Source: Chara braunii
Taxonomy: Eukaryota > Plantae > Charophyceae
Length of the DNA: 64,000 nucleotides
Reading direction: 5' to 3'
Assembly: GCA_003427395.1 (NCBI GenBank)
Contig: BFEA01000016.1
Span: forward strand, 4,723,242-4,787,241
The notes under the pieces are model-generated. The model worked only from the letters and a program-made list of their open reading frames with translations. It searched no databases and was not told where the DNA came from. Made by a program: the position numbers and the translations under genes. Of this stretch, positions 51,501 to 64,000 are shown piece after piece. Every line of letters starts with the position of its first letter. The stretch's first letter is position 1.

Positions 51501-52272
51501 TGGCGCCTGTGCAAAATCTCTCGGTGCTTTCTAACGCAGTGCGCATTTTCGTGCCCACACGCAACACCATATCTCGTGCAAAATCTTTGAAACCTATGCG
51601 CATGGACTGCAAAGCAATATCATGGCCTCTCAGATAACGCAGCTGCTCTTGCTGGGCCCTCAACATTACATCCATATTCTGGGACACGAGTTCTATCTTT
51701 CTCTGGAGATCTGCCTGGGCTCCTGGTTTGCCGCCTCCAATCGCCTTGTTCTCTCTCTTGCAAGGCGCAACTTCCACTCCAATCTCTTCTCCTCATCCTT
51801 GGCCTGACGGCGCAAGGGGTCCTCCTCCTTTTCCAACTCCTTTAAACCGCTTCCCTTTCTACCTGAGGGACAAGCAACATAGCCTCTTCTTCTTTCCCCC
51901 GGGCCAAATTGGCCACCCATTCAGTAACCATCTTTTCCATCTTTGCTTCCCTCTCTCGCGCCCCACTAGATCCCCCCCTCTCTTCAGTTCTCACATTCCT
52001 CTGCAAGGGAACCTCCACTTCTTCTTCTTCTTCTTCTTCTTTTTCTTCTTCTTCTGCTGCTGCTGCTGCTCCTGCTGCTGCTGTGCTGCTGCTGCTTCTT
52101 CTGCTTCAACTGCCGCCATCCAAACTCGGCTATGGCTTCCTTCGTCCTCCTCCGTCTCTCCTTCCTTCGTCTTTCTCTCTTATCTCTATCTTCTTCGTCA
52201 CCTCCGGTCTTCGTCTTCTTCAACCCCGAGCTTGGTGCCTATGGCCACCAGCTTCTTCTTTGCTGACTCACC

Positions 52273-52364
<92 letters not shown>

Positions 52365-52914
52365 CTCTTCGTCGTCGTCCTTCTTCCTTGCAGGTTCAAC
52401 GGCTATGGCCGCCCTTCTTCGCTTAGCGCAACGACCTTCTTCTTCACGGCGGTCGTCTTCTTCGTCGAACGGCGCAGTGATCTACCCACCTGTGGCGATG
52501 GTGGACTTCAACCTGATGGCGCGATGGCACGGTGCGCGCTTAATGGGCACTGGCACGCGGCAGGCGACTACCGGACTGCTACAGCGCGCAGCTAAGACAG
52601 GCGAGCAGCGAACAGCGGGAGCGTGCGCGATAACGCAGCAAGCAGCAGCGCGCGAGCGCAATAGTGGTGCGGGGAACGGGCGCACAATGGAGCGCTAATG
52701 CTGACGTGGCGCTCGCCTCCTACAATGTACAATCACGAACAGCACGCAATAGCACGCGATCTTCTTCGGCGGGCGGCACGCCAGACGCTGACGTGGCGCC
52801 TCGGCGCCCCTCCTCTCTTCTCTAGGTGACGACAAACAGTGACAGCGATGGCGCTCACGACGACGGTGACGACGGGACGACTTGTGGGACTTTGGGAACC
52901 AGCTTCGATGCCCG

Positions 52915-53150
52915 TGCAATCAGACTTGTCTTCTTCTCGCTCAGCATGCATGTAAACAAATGACGATGAAACTTGGCTCAAGGCGCCCACACAAAGCTCA
53001 AAGATAACACAGCAAGAAACACTGCCCATAATCAAACTTGTCTAAATGGCTATGGCGCAGGGCGCCAGAAAACGATTCCCACCCGATCAACTGTATCCTC
53101 CAGCAACTTGTTCACACACACCCACGTACACTGGATCTCCCTGGATGTCC

Positions 53151-53214
<64 letters not shown>

Positions 53215-53550
53215 CCTACCGGGTAGCTATGCCTGTCGTTTAACTCTCTACCTAACTCACGGCTATGGCCGCGTCTTCCTCCTCTTAGCCCTCTTCCTCT
53301 CCGGGCACCTGCAGACCTCCATAGCACAAGATGCACTGACAGCGCTTCCGCACGGCTCACAGGCAAAATGAATGAATGCCTGGACGCTGCCTCTTTATTT
53401 ATACTTTGGATTGTCGTAGGTCTGCCCTTGGACCCTGGCCCGGGGTGCTTACAGTCCCGCATGGTACTTGCTGACTGGACAAAGTGCGACCTGGGACTGG
53501 GTACCGCTGACTAGGCTAGGTAGGACTTAGGGCTGCCCTCTGCTGACTCA
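52915..53550 (-). repeat. 5' LTR-containing direct repeat
   Basis: Matches 45669-46311. Confidence 0.85.
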
Positions 53551-53910
53551 GACGCGGTCTGACTCCTACCATTCACAAAAGGCCAGTTCCAGAGCTTCCA
53601 GAAGGTCGTAGACTTGACCTTTTGGAGCTACAGTAGCTACGACTTATACTGACCCTACGACCACTAAGACTCATACCTACGATTCGAGCCCCGACAACCA
53701 CACTATATACAACAACTAAACAATGGACTCTCAGAACACAGGTCGCGGGTTCAAACACACACGGGTCAATGGGTACTGTACATGGATGAAGGGGAGGTCT
53801 AGGGATCGAGCCGTGGGTGCTACCATAATAGGTGAAAACCGTTTCAAAATTGAATATTCTCTTTAAAAAATATTTGTCTAGGGTTGCAATGCAGCGGCAT
53901 CGCAGCCAAC

Positions 53911-54085
53911 TTCTTTTTCTTTTTCCTTTTCTGAAGGGCAACGGCCTTGAGATATCATCATTGAAATGACCGGCCTCAGGCAATTCAGAATGATTTTAGT
54001 CTGTTTATTTGATAGTATCTAGATTCGAACTTGTGCCTGTATTTCAATAGTTCATGGGTGTACCAACTGAGTTAGGCCCGTTGGT
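53911..54085 (-). mobile_element. tRNA-derived SINE, same family as 3634-3814
   Basis: Reverse complement reads GGCCTAACTCAGTTGGTACACCCATGAACTATTGAAATACAG...GTTCGAATC...ATATCTCAAGGCCGTTGCCCTT, followed by an A-rich tail. Confidence 0.85.
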
Positions 54086-55104
54086 AATGCAACCAATTTA
54101 ATTTATTTATTTTTTACAAAAAAAATCACAGGCTGGGAAATGGGCCCAGCGTCCCTCACATCAATAACCACGGCCTGCAGGGATGAACCGGACTCTCCGA
54201 CCTTGATTAACCCCACCGCGGCTGAGCACCCGTCAGCCTGCAACGTCACACCCTAATTAACTTAACTCTAATTAACATAACACCCTAATTAACACTTAAC
54301 ATCGCCAACACTAAAACTAAAACACAAACCAACTCAAACCATCAAAAGGAAAACACAACCAGAAATCTACACCTCCAACCCTAAACACTAACAAAGACCA
54401 ACAGAATTCCACCCAAAGAACTGCTCAACAATCAACGAATGAATGAACCCTAACTAGCTCACAGGCAAGGAAACGAAAACCAAATAATGCAGCCAACTTT
54501 TGGCTGAGGGTCACATAAGAATTCCTTTTACATTCAAAGAGAAAGAAAATAGAAAACTCAAACCAAAACACTCCCGCTTGAGGTGAAAACCTCTGTCAAC
54601 ACCCTTTGAATCCCATGTACACCCCATCCCCCATCCCTGAGAGGCATAAAGCCCAGGTGTTCTATTCGGATATAACTTGCATTCGTCATATTTGGAAAGA
54701 AAAAGTGAGTAAAAAGAAGTCTCTTGAATTTTTAGGGTGAGTAGAATACAACGCCCGGGCGTTGTTTTCGGGTGAAGACAGCAGGCCACACAACCCTCAC
54801 TTTTGGGCAGCCCTAGGGCCACGAACAGGTTTCAACCTCGTGAGTCTCAGATAGGTATGGGGTCTCACCGCACGGCCCACGAAAACAGACTTTCGCAAAC
54901 CCAAAGTTCACGAGGGGCCATGGGCCTTAGCAATTGAAGAACCTCGTGATTGGGAATCGCATGGCCCTCGAGAGTAACAAAAGCATCCACTCGTGCGGGC
55001 ATAGAGAGAGAACGTGACAAACCTCAAAAGAAAAAAAGAAAAAAAGAAAAAAAAAAAAAAAGAAAAAAAAACAACGCAAGAAAAAAGAACAAGACAAACC
55101 TCAT

Positions 55105-58100
55105 CTTTTTATTTTTTTTTTATTTTTTTAAGACCATACAGGTCACTCCATCTATTGGTGGGGAGCTGCACCTACTGGAAACCGGGTCTAGCGTCCCATT
55201 TGTACAATGATACTTGAGTCTTGATAAGAATACTGTAGTTGAATCTGAGCCTCTTCACCTCATCAAAGGTGCCAAATATATCTATTCTTCCTAGCTCATA
55301 AAAAAACGTTCCCTCCTACATTAATTTAGTTCCAACTCAAACATGACCATACCAGGACCTGGGAACTACAGCTAATGGGTGTGGAGGAAATGGATCGGGG
55401 AAGTCTTTTGCTGAGCGCATAGGGATGGATGGATCCACTGAGGTCCAGTCATCAAATTTCAAGTAATAGTTCCTTTTAACCAGTCTATCTTCCCCTTCTG
55501 TAGCCCCTTCCCAGATTACTCTCTCGAGCTTCCCATCCTGGGTTCCCCCAAGCCAGCATTGACAGAATCCTTGAATAAGTTTGAGGATTTCCTTGTGTTT
55601 GGATAAATATTTGATTTTCTTCCAACTTCTCCCATTCCGTTCAAATGGCCGTTTGGATTTGTTGTTTAATAGATTCTGTGAATTCTGGTCCTTCAAGACG
55701 CGCACCTTCCCATTCATAAGTACATCTCTTCTCCATATGGCCCAAAGGATCGCTCTCCTTCCCAAAGAGAAGAGGTTCTGAGTAAATTCATCATAAGGAT
55801 CTGAAATCCAGGATTCTAGTAAGATCGCCTTCCAATTCCATGCCCACTAAGCTTAAGTCCCTAATTGACTCCAAATTCGATCCCACCACCTCCATAGCCA
55901 CATTGCCCCTGAACATTGTAAGAATATATACTCTATTGTTTCTGGAACAACTTTACTTGGGAAAGCAGTCTTACAAAACTTACACCACGGAACTGCAACC
56001 CCCCTTTGTTCCAAAGATTATCTCTCAATCAGCCAATCATTAGTAGGGAGACAACGATGTTCAATATGCCATTGCAGGGAGACCATCTTTGCGGGTCCAA
56101 ATTTCATAATATTAAACCATTTAATTGGTTTTAGATCATCCCTACTGAGGTTGAGGTGCTTCATCCATCTTGTCATCACTGTATCCTTCAAATTAATTTT
56201 GGAACGAAACATACGATAGGTAGATTTGACCGTCAAAGTATGAAGGTTGCGATGATATACTCTTCCCTTTCCACCCGAGGAATTCCAAATCCAATCTTTG
56301 GGGTCCAGTACCTGGTGGGAGACTGGTATAATCGGTCTAAATGCTAGCAATGTGTTTATCTGTTGCAAAACTCGAATTTTGAAGATCTGATCCTTTTTTA
56401 CCCATTTTATATCTTCCTGTTGGTTTGGGATAATACAATTTTCTTGTGTTAGATAAAAAAGGGACAACAGGATGTCCCCGTTTGTAAATTTATCAAGGAT
56501 GTTGCCAACCAATTTTGGATGATCTATAAGTTCTACCCTGTCATTGATTTTCAACTTAGGCCCCTTATGCAAGATATTGATTCATTCCAAAGGAATGGGC
56601 TCAATCACATTTTCCAGAGTCTTATCCGGGTGGTGACAATATTTCAATTGACTGTGCAAATCCTTAGTAGTAAATCAGTCATTAGTTAGTGGATTTCATA
56701 GGTTTTTTATCCTTAGGACTCCTCTCTTTACCCAACTCAACCAAGGGGAATCCATACAGTGGAGAACATATCCTTAAGTGTCTTTAATCCAATTGTCATT
56801 AAAGAGAGGTTGTTGACACACTTCTTCACATCTTTCTGGTGGTTGTTTATCTGGCAACGGTAGTTTTCTCCATGTTTTAAGCAGGATGATCCACAAGGAG
56901 TCCTTACACAGGTCCAATCTAGCAGTTTGTCGATCTGAAACGACTTCACCCTCATTTTCCTTGATACTACCTCTGGGAAGGGACCAAGATCGATTCTCTA
57001 GCCATATCAACAGGTCAGTACCTTGTGGAGTGGGCAGTGCTAACCTCTTGATTTGTTCCCAAGCAAGAGCACTCCAAGGGGTTTGAGGATTAAAGAGCAA
57101 CCTTTTGATCCATTGTATTGACAGAGCTAAAGCTTGAGTGGTTGGGTCTATAATTCCCAACCCTCCTCTCAATTTCGGTTCAATCACTGATTGTCATGCC
57201 ACTCTACTAATTACATTAATGCATTCGTAATTTCCCCTCCAAAGGAATGCTCTTAATTGCTGCTGGAACACTTTAATGGCTTGTTTATCCAAGGCCCAAA
57301 CGGCTGATTTGTACCATATGGAGGCCAGGATGACATTATTCATGGCGAGAGTTCGACCTAATAGTGAAGTATGTTTATTTTTTCGTAGTCCACGCTTTGT
57401 TTGAGCTTGTTGCATTATCCAGGCATTGTTGGTTCTTGGTTTTCCTTCCGCCATTAAGGAAATACCTACTACTCTGATCTGGTTATCCCTGGGCAGTTAT
57501 TTGATCTTAGGATCTTCTGGATGTCACACCCCTTGATGATGAATCCACCACCCCAAAGTTTTACTACCCAAGTTAACTTTCATATCTGATAAGCGACAAA
57601 ATCGTTCCATTAACTTTTGGATTGCCAACAGGTTCTTGTGGGATGCATCAACCATTAGGGATAGATCATCAGCAAAGAGCGAGCATACTGGGATTGCGTC
57701 TTCTGGAACGGATGTTATCTAAATTCGCTTTATATCTTAATGAGTACGCAAATTTGTTACAAGAGCTTCCATGATAATGACAAATAGTAAGGGGGCAATT
57801 GGGTCACCTTGTCTAACCGATCTTTGCAAGGTTATAGAAGGAATCACATTGTCATTAACCATAATACTGGTAGTGGCATGTATGTGCAATATTCCTATCC
57901 ATCTTCTGAAATCTGGGCCAAAGTTGAAATTTTCTAAGCATTTATCTAGAAAGAAACAATCCACATGATCATATGCTTTTCCAAAATCAATAAAAATGAA
58001 TGCAGCATTATGTTTAGATTGGCGTGTGAGCTTGATGAGTTCATTTATCAGAAGCACATTATCATGTATGTTCCTTCCCGTGATAAGTCCGGTTTGAGAT

Positions 58101-59370
58101 GGGTAAATGATATCCGCTATCACTTTTGTCAACCTATCAGTCAATGTTTTAGCTATCATCTTATAAACAACTGTTAATAAGGTAATCGGGTGATAATTCC
58201 TAATATTTATTTTTTCCCCTTTTTTGTAAAGAAGTGTTAACACCCCCTATCCCACAAATTATCTCATTTCCCCTGAGGTCCATACCGCATGATAAAAGTC
58301 CATAAGGTCCTGAGAGATTAAATCTCACATAGATTCTCAAAATTCCTTACGTAAACCATCTATCCCCGGGGTCTTTTCTTCTTCTTCCATCAGCATCAAT
58401 GCTTTCCAATTTTCTTCTTTACTAATCGACATTTCCATTATTTCCTTCTGCTTTATCGACAATGTTTTTGTGATTGGCATTAGAAATTCATCAACTTTTG
58501 TGTTTTTTTGTGTTTGAGTTATATTTCCCTTTTCGGATGTGAACAGGTCTTTAAATAAATCCCTTTCAATCTTAGTGCATGTTGCAGTTGACGTGACCCA
58601 TGATACATCTCTATTAAAGGGATCAGACAGTGCTTCAATGACGGTCCTTCCTGTTCTGGCTCTGGCCATTTCAAAGAAACGTGCATCCATTGCTCCTTCC
58701 GTTTGATGTTTTCCAAGTTTTCCTATGATCCTTAACCCTTGCCATCTATATTCCATATGTGTCATTAGTTTATCTTCCAATTCCTGTATTTCTTTAGCTA
58801 GCGGATCAAGTGTCTCTTGGTCTTCTGCCATCGTTTCTTGTTGTTGTAATTCTTGAATTTTTTCTTGTAGCTGTGTTTCTTTTGAGTGTTTGTGTGATGT
58901 AAATAATATGGAATATTCATTGCATTTACATCCTAAAAAAGCTAGGTCGTTATTGAACCAGCATATGTCATTTTGAATCAGAGGTCTCTGGTCTCTCCAG
59001 AAGTCCCATACATCATGGAGATAATGTTTGAAGTTATCCATTCTCATATGAGATGTGTTTTGTCTATAGAATCCTCTTCCTTGGTCTGGTTTCTTCCAAA
59101 ATGAGAAGACTGCCACACACATTGCATGATCTAGACCTGAAAAAGGGCTATAAGGAAAAATTCCAGCATACTGAATTGCCCCTTGCAGTTTATCCGATGC
59201 TAAAATTATATCAATTCTTGATTTCGTAGTTTGTCTAGATTGTTTTTTCATTAAACATGAAAATACTTTTGAATTAGGGTTAAGCCTACGATAGGAGTCA
59301 AAACGATTTAGAAAGTGATAAAGATTCGCACTAATCTTCTCATCTATTTCCACATAACAAACCTCATATT
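55105..59370 (-). mobile_element. L1/Tx1-like LINE, 5'-truncated ORF2 (EN C-terminus, RT, C-terminal Cys region), degenerate, with A-rich tail
   Basis: KSRIDIIL, LDH, KTPGIDGL, NYHPITLL, IDFGKAYDHVD, SVRQGDPIAPLLF, LFADD, GGLGI and HRCLPTN. Confidence 0.93.
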
Positions 59371-59629
59371 TTGGCGGGAAGTGTTGAAGTTCGTGTGAAA
59401 GTTGGGTTGCTTCAGCTTTCGCAAACCCAACCCCAAATTTCAAGAAGGCAGCGCAGGCCGGCAAACTTTTTTTTTTTTTTTTTTTTTTTTTTGAAGGAAT
59501 CAAACATTTCATTATCAATTGGAACAGGAGGCCGTGAATCCTCACAAACAACCCGGAAGAAAGTCTGAGGCTATTACCCAGCAGAGGGCAAACTTCTGGC
59601 TCATACAAAATGTGAAAAAAAACGAGCCT

Positions 59630-59732
59630 ACCAACTGGCCTAGCTCAGTTGGTAAAACACCCCTGAACTGAACTGTTGAAATACAGACCTGAGTTCGAAC
59701 TCGAAGAAAAAAAAAAAAAAAAAAAAAAAAAA
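59630..59732 (+). mobile_element. Head-only SINE copy (tRNA-like head fused directly to poly(A))
   Basis: GGCCTAGCTCAGTTGGTA...AACTGTTGAAATACAGACC.GAGTTCGAACTC followed by an A run. Confidence 0.75.
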
Positions 59733-59864
59733 GCTCTGACACCTCATGATTCATGAACCTCCGCTCGTTTTTCAAACTCGCACCCACCATGCGCCGATGG
59801 AAATTCATGGATATCCTACACAAATTTTTGTTTTCGCATGTTGTGCATCGAGGCCCTGTGAGCA

Positions 59865-60165
59865 TACCGAACATGTTCGGAGCTTTTCTGAACGTCCGAA
59901 CATGTTCGGGTGTTCGGCCGAACGCCACCCGAATGTGTTCGGCTGAACATATTAAAAAAAATAAAAATAAAAAAATTTTGGTTTTTGATTTTTAACTCGA
60001 GTTTGCTTACGAATTTGAGCATATCTCCAAGGCAAAAGTTGTTTGTATTATTATTTTACATCACTTTTTTTTTTCCAGATTTTTTGGAGAACTTTTGTTT
60101 TTTTTTTATGTTCGCATTCGGAGAGTTTCGACACTCATTCGCGTTCGGTCCCGAACGTTCGGCGA
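59865..60165. repeat. Cluster of CCGAAC/GTTCGG palindromic motifs (possible DNA-transposon subterminal region)
   Basis: CCGAACATGTTCGG twice, CCGAATGTGTTCGG and CCGAACGTTCGG. Confidence 0.6.
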
Positions 60166-60929
60166 TGCTACACAAGCGAGGTCTATCGTGTGTGTGTATG
60201 CTCACTGTGTTGTTTTCTGTGTGCTCTTTTATTTTCTGATTTTTATTACATTTTATGATTTCGTAGTACTTTTATCTGTTCCAGGTTTTGGCCGGTAAGG
60301 GATGCAGACTCTCGTGCCTACTTGGACCAGCAGCCATTTTTCAGGCCAGAATAGACTATTGTCCGCACTTGGGCTGGACTAGGCTTTATTACGATCCTGG
60401 CCAATTTCGAAGTACACATTCATCAGAAAGTACAATGTCGTCTAATTGCAAAAAGAAATGAATGAACTTGAGAGGAAAGAGAGGGAAAGAAGAAGGAGAA
60501 CATGATGAAGACCAATGATAATTCCCTTCTTCTTCACCAACCACTCTCCTCCTCCTTTTCTCCTCCCCTCTTATTCAAGCAATAAATAACAATAATAATG
60601 TTGAATGGCTGAACCAGAATCAATGTCCGAATCTCTCTTCCACTGCAGGCACAACATCAGGTCCACCATAGCCATGGTCACCCTTCCTCTTCCTCTTCAT
60701 GTAGGCCAAGGCTATGGCTGACTACTAGGGTCTCGCCCTACTGTGCAAAGGACAACACAAAGCAGCTATGCTCACTGCTGTTTAGGCTGCCATGCCTAAC
60801 CCCGCCTTGAAGCCTTCTTGGTGCGGCGTAACCCCAACTGGGGCTAACAAGGTGATGAAGATGGTGCCCACCATAGCCAGGTAGGTACCTCGCCACTCTC
60901 CTCCTCGGTCCTCTTCTCCCTTCGTCTCC

Positions 60930-63085
60930 TTTTTTTTTTTTTTTTTTTTTTTTTACCGCCCGAGTGAGTGCTAGGGGTGCTGATAAGAGCAGACACCTCT
61001 AGCATGCTCAGGAGGGCTCCATCTATTGGTGGGGACTCAGGAGCAGCACCTGCTGGGAAGCGGGTCCAGTGTCCCTTCAAAAACAAACAATTGATTGTAG
61101 ACTGATTACCTGCATGATAGCTAATCCTACCACGTATGAGCAATCCCCATTAGACCCCCCTTTCTTGAAGAGGTGAAAAGAACCTCTACGCCCTGTATCA
61201 GGCGCCAGATGATTGCTAACACCCACTGGTTCCTTCCTTCCACCAACTATCCCTTCCGGCCCGCCATTGTAACCACACCACCACAATCTGCCAGTCATAA
61301 GCTCTTGTGATGACTACTGTTCTTACGTTCTAAGTAGGACTGGGTCCGACATCCCTTACTGCTGACCAAACCATTGCCTTTCTACGATCGTTGTGGTTGT
61401 CGAGGGGAACATGTCTGGGAATTCCTCGGGGCTCTTCATCGGAATGTTGGGGTCGACCTGCAGCCAGTTATGGAACCTGAGCTTGTAGTCTTTGGTGAAG
61501 CCACTGCGTTCCTCCTCGTTTCCTTTTCCCCAGGCCATTCTACTTGCGCCATCCCTTTGCCCTCCCAGCCAATCTGTGCAGAAGTTATGAATTTCCTTGG
61601 TTATGTTTGCTTTTTGTGAGAGAATTTCCGTTTTTTCCTGAATTCTTTTCCATTGCACTCTTATTTCTGTTTCTATAAATTGCTTGACTGTGTTTGCCAC
61701 TTCCCCTTCCTCCATCCTGGCCCCTTCCTGGTCGAAAGCAAACCTTCTTAACCACAATGTCCAGATCATCGTCTTTCTAGTCATAGAGAAAACTCTGAAA
61801 AGGTTGTTGGCAAGGCGAGATGCATGTGGCCTTCTCCACTCACCTAACAGAAGAGTTTCCCATTTCCACGGCCACTCCTCATTGGTGCCCAGTTGTGACC
61901 AAATGCGGTCCCACCATCACCACAGTAGGACTGCCCCAGGACATTGGAGAAAAATATGTTCTATTGTCTCACATATTCTTCGGCCCGGGAACTCTGCATT
62001 ACAGGATTTGCACCATGGAAGTGCCTCCCCCCTCTGCTCCAGGTTCGTCCTGTTGATAATCCAGTTATTGGTGGGGAGGCATCTGTGACCGATTTCCCAC
62101 TGTAGGGAGGCGGACTTTGCCGGTCTCTCTTTTACTCCTTTGAACCACTGCAGCCCTCTAACTTGGTCCCTATGTAGGACAAGGCGTTTCTGCCACTTGT
62201 CTCCTACCCCTGCCTGAACATCCACCCGGGGCCTGATCATCCTATAACTGATGTTTACTGACAATTCAGAAAGTTGAACTGATTGCCCTTTCCATCCCCT
62301 TACCCATTGCCATTCCAGAAGGTCCAAGGCTAAACTGGACAGGGGGACTTCTGGTAGGTAGGCACGCCATTGGGTCCTCCCTTCCTTATGACTCTGCAAA
62401 ACCCGGATCCGGTAAGAGTTTGGTTTTCTCATGCCACTGGACCGAGTCTGGGTGGTATCTGGCCACAGTGTCGTCTCCTCTTCTTTCAAATAGATTGACC
62501 ATTGCCCCTTCCGGTCTAACCTCCACTACAGAGCCTATTTGCAAGGGGAAGTACTCTACCCTTACTGCAACCCATGTAATATCGAACCCTTTCTCAGGGT
62601 CACCACCCAGGCTAGGGGGATCAAAAATATTAATTGTTCCAGAGCGTCCGCCAGCTTGTGAGCATGGCGCAGGCAGGGTCTTAGTTGTTAGGCTGTTTTA
62701 CAGTCTTTGGTTACCTTCCCATATGTCCCCCACTCGGAGAATCCCTTGTCTGACCCATAAAGCCCAGCGGAGGTCCGAGCTGTCGAAAACCCGTCCTTGC
62801 CTGTCCGTGATTGCCCTGTTCCCAAACAGGGGTTGGCGTAGGATCTCCTCAATCTGGTCTGGGGTAGGTCTATCAGGGATCGACAACCTCCTCCACTTCT
62901 TGATAGGGTCGATCCATAACTTGTCTTTTGCCAGGTCTTGTCAAGCCGCTCCTCTATCCCCCTCCTCTCGTGAGCACGAACTGGCTCAGGGGATAGACCA
63001 ATACCGATCCTTAAGCCATGTGAGCGCGTTCACTATATTAACGGTTCTAGGTGCAAGTCTGTGGATTTGTTCCATTGCCAGATCT
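60930..63085 (-). mobile_element. Second L1/Tx1-like LINE, 3' 2.1 kb only, with poly(A) tail
   Basis: Collinear with the LINE at 55-59 kb (EQIHRLA, RQPLFGN, IRVLQ, SLQWEIGHRCLPTN, CKSC..ETIEHIFLQC, VDPNIPMKS..FPD). T run at 60930-60954. Confidence 0.9.
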
Positions 63086-64000
63086 CGGTAGAGCTCCACC
63101 ATAGCTGAGGTGGGAGCTCCCGGTCTCCTTCCTCCCAGCAGCGATGAAGTGCCCAGCGCTCCTCCAGCCAGAGCTCCAAGCAGTGTGTCGCCAAACTTAC
63201 ACACCGAAGAATGAGGCTGAGCTCTTGGCCCAGCCCGGAGATATAGCGGCCTACTTGCCTCTTGGGTGGTGACTTCCACGCCGCTCGGCCTCCCAAGCAA
63301 CCGGTACCTCCTCCCTTTTGGACGGAAACATCATCGCAGACTTTGATATTGCCCGTACAGGCCCTAGACTCAGACTGGTTGGACTGGTACCCGCCTAGAC
63401 CTAGCCTACAACTACTGGGCCTCTAAAAATGCCAACTTTTGTCTTCTTCTGCTCGGCCTTCAGTACCTGGCACATCTACTTCTACTTGGTGTGGTACCGG
63501 CCTACCTGCTACTTGAGTGTTTTCCCGCTGCCCTAAGTGTCGTGGGCCTCGTGCCCCACCACTTGGGTGTTTTTCCCCCGCCTGCAACCCTTAATGTCAC
63601 GGCCAAAGGTAAGTACCGGCCCTACGGGCCTTCAAACAAGCAAGTACCCCTGCGGGTCACACACACACTCAGGCCGACCAGCACTCAGACAGGCACGCAG
63701 ACCATCAAGCACGCAAGCGCACAGACTTAGAAAACTCAGCAGAATGGGGGAATCCCGGCAAGGCATCCATTCCAGCAGCAGAACTCAGAAATCAGCGGTG
63801 TTCTCAGTCTGTGTTTTGGCAGGTCATTACACTGCCCCCACCTCAAGAGCGAGGTCCCTTCGAGCGAGGTCCGGGCAAAACGCATCGTAGGCGAATACTG
63901 CAAAGAGGGATCGGGATTATGCTGTAGCAGTGAGAGCCGCAGTAATCTTTGGCTGGGTATCAATCTGTCGTTCATAGGCCTCGACAACTCGGGGTGCGCT

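Larger units (their letters stand above)
45669..53550 (-). mobile_element. Ty3/Gypsy chromovirus-type LTR retrotransposon, degenerate
   Basis: Order is gag (50845-51900), CCHC CVFCSDPGHIIKFC, protease ALIDSGA (~50070-50100), RT VYLDD (~49017-49031), RNase H VTTDA, integrase HHCC plus SIDF/HPETNGQTE, GPW, then chromodomain. Flanked by ~640-bp direct repeats. Confidence 0.95.

Overview
This is a repeat-dense eukaryotic nuclear scaffold with five N gaps. It is probably from a streptophyte (charophyte, Chara-like) alga; this is an inference from an RTE1/RTH gene, a ccmFN fragment needing no obvious editing, and a DIRS-type element. There is one clear host gene, an intronless RTE1/RTH-like CDS (4788-5588, minus). 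The rest is mobile or repetitive DNA: (1) a decayed tyrosine-recombinase retrotransposon with gag-RT-RNaseH-DNA adenine methyltransferase on minus and a convergent YR on plus; (2) a decayed chromodomain Ty3/Gypsy element with a mitochondrial ccmFN fragment inserted in pol; (3) two diverged L1/Tx1-like LINEs sharing an unexplained SH3/Tudor-like segment and a covarying 3' hairpin module that recurs about 10 times in the window; (4) tRNA-headed SINEs, a 28S rDNA fragment, a 274-bp palindrome, several inverted repeat pairs and long microsatellites. Assembly caveat: a complete Nextera mate-pair junction adapter lies at 16204-16241, and 12755-16160 is duplicated apparently identically at 27282-30687, so local contiguity is doubtful. 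All alignments were done by eye and element boundaries are approximate.
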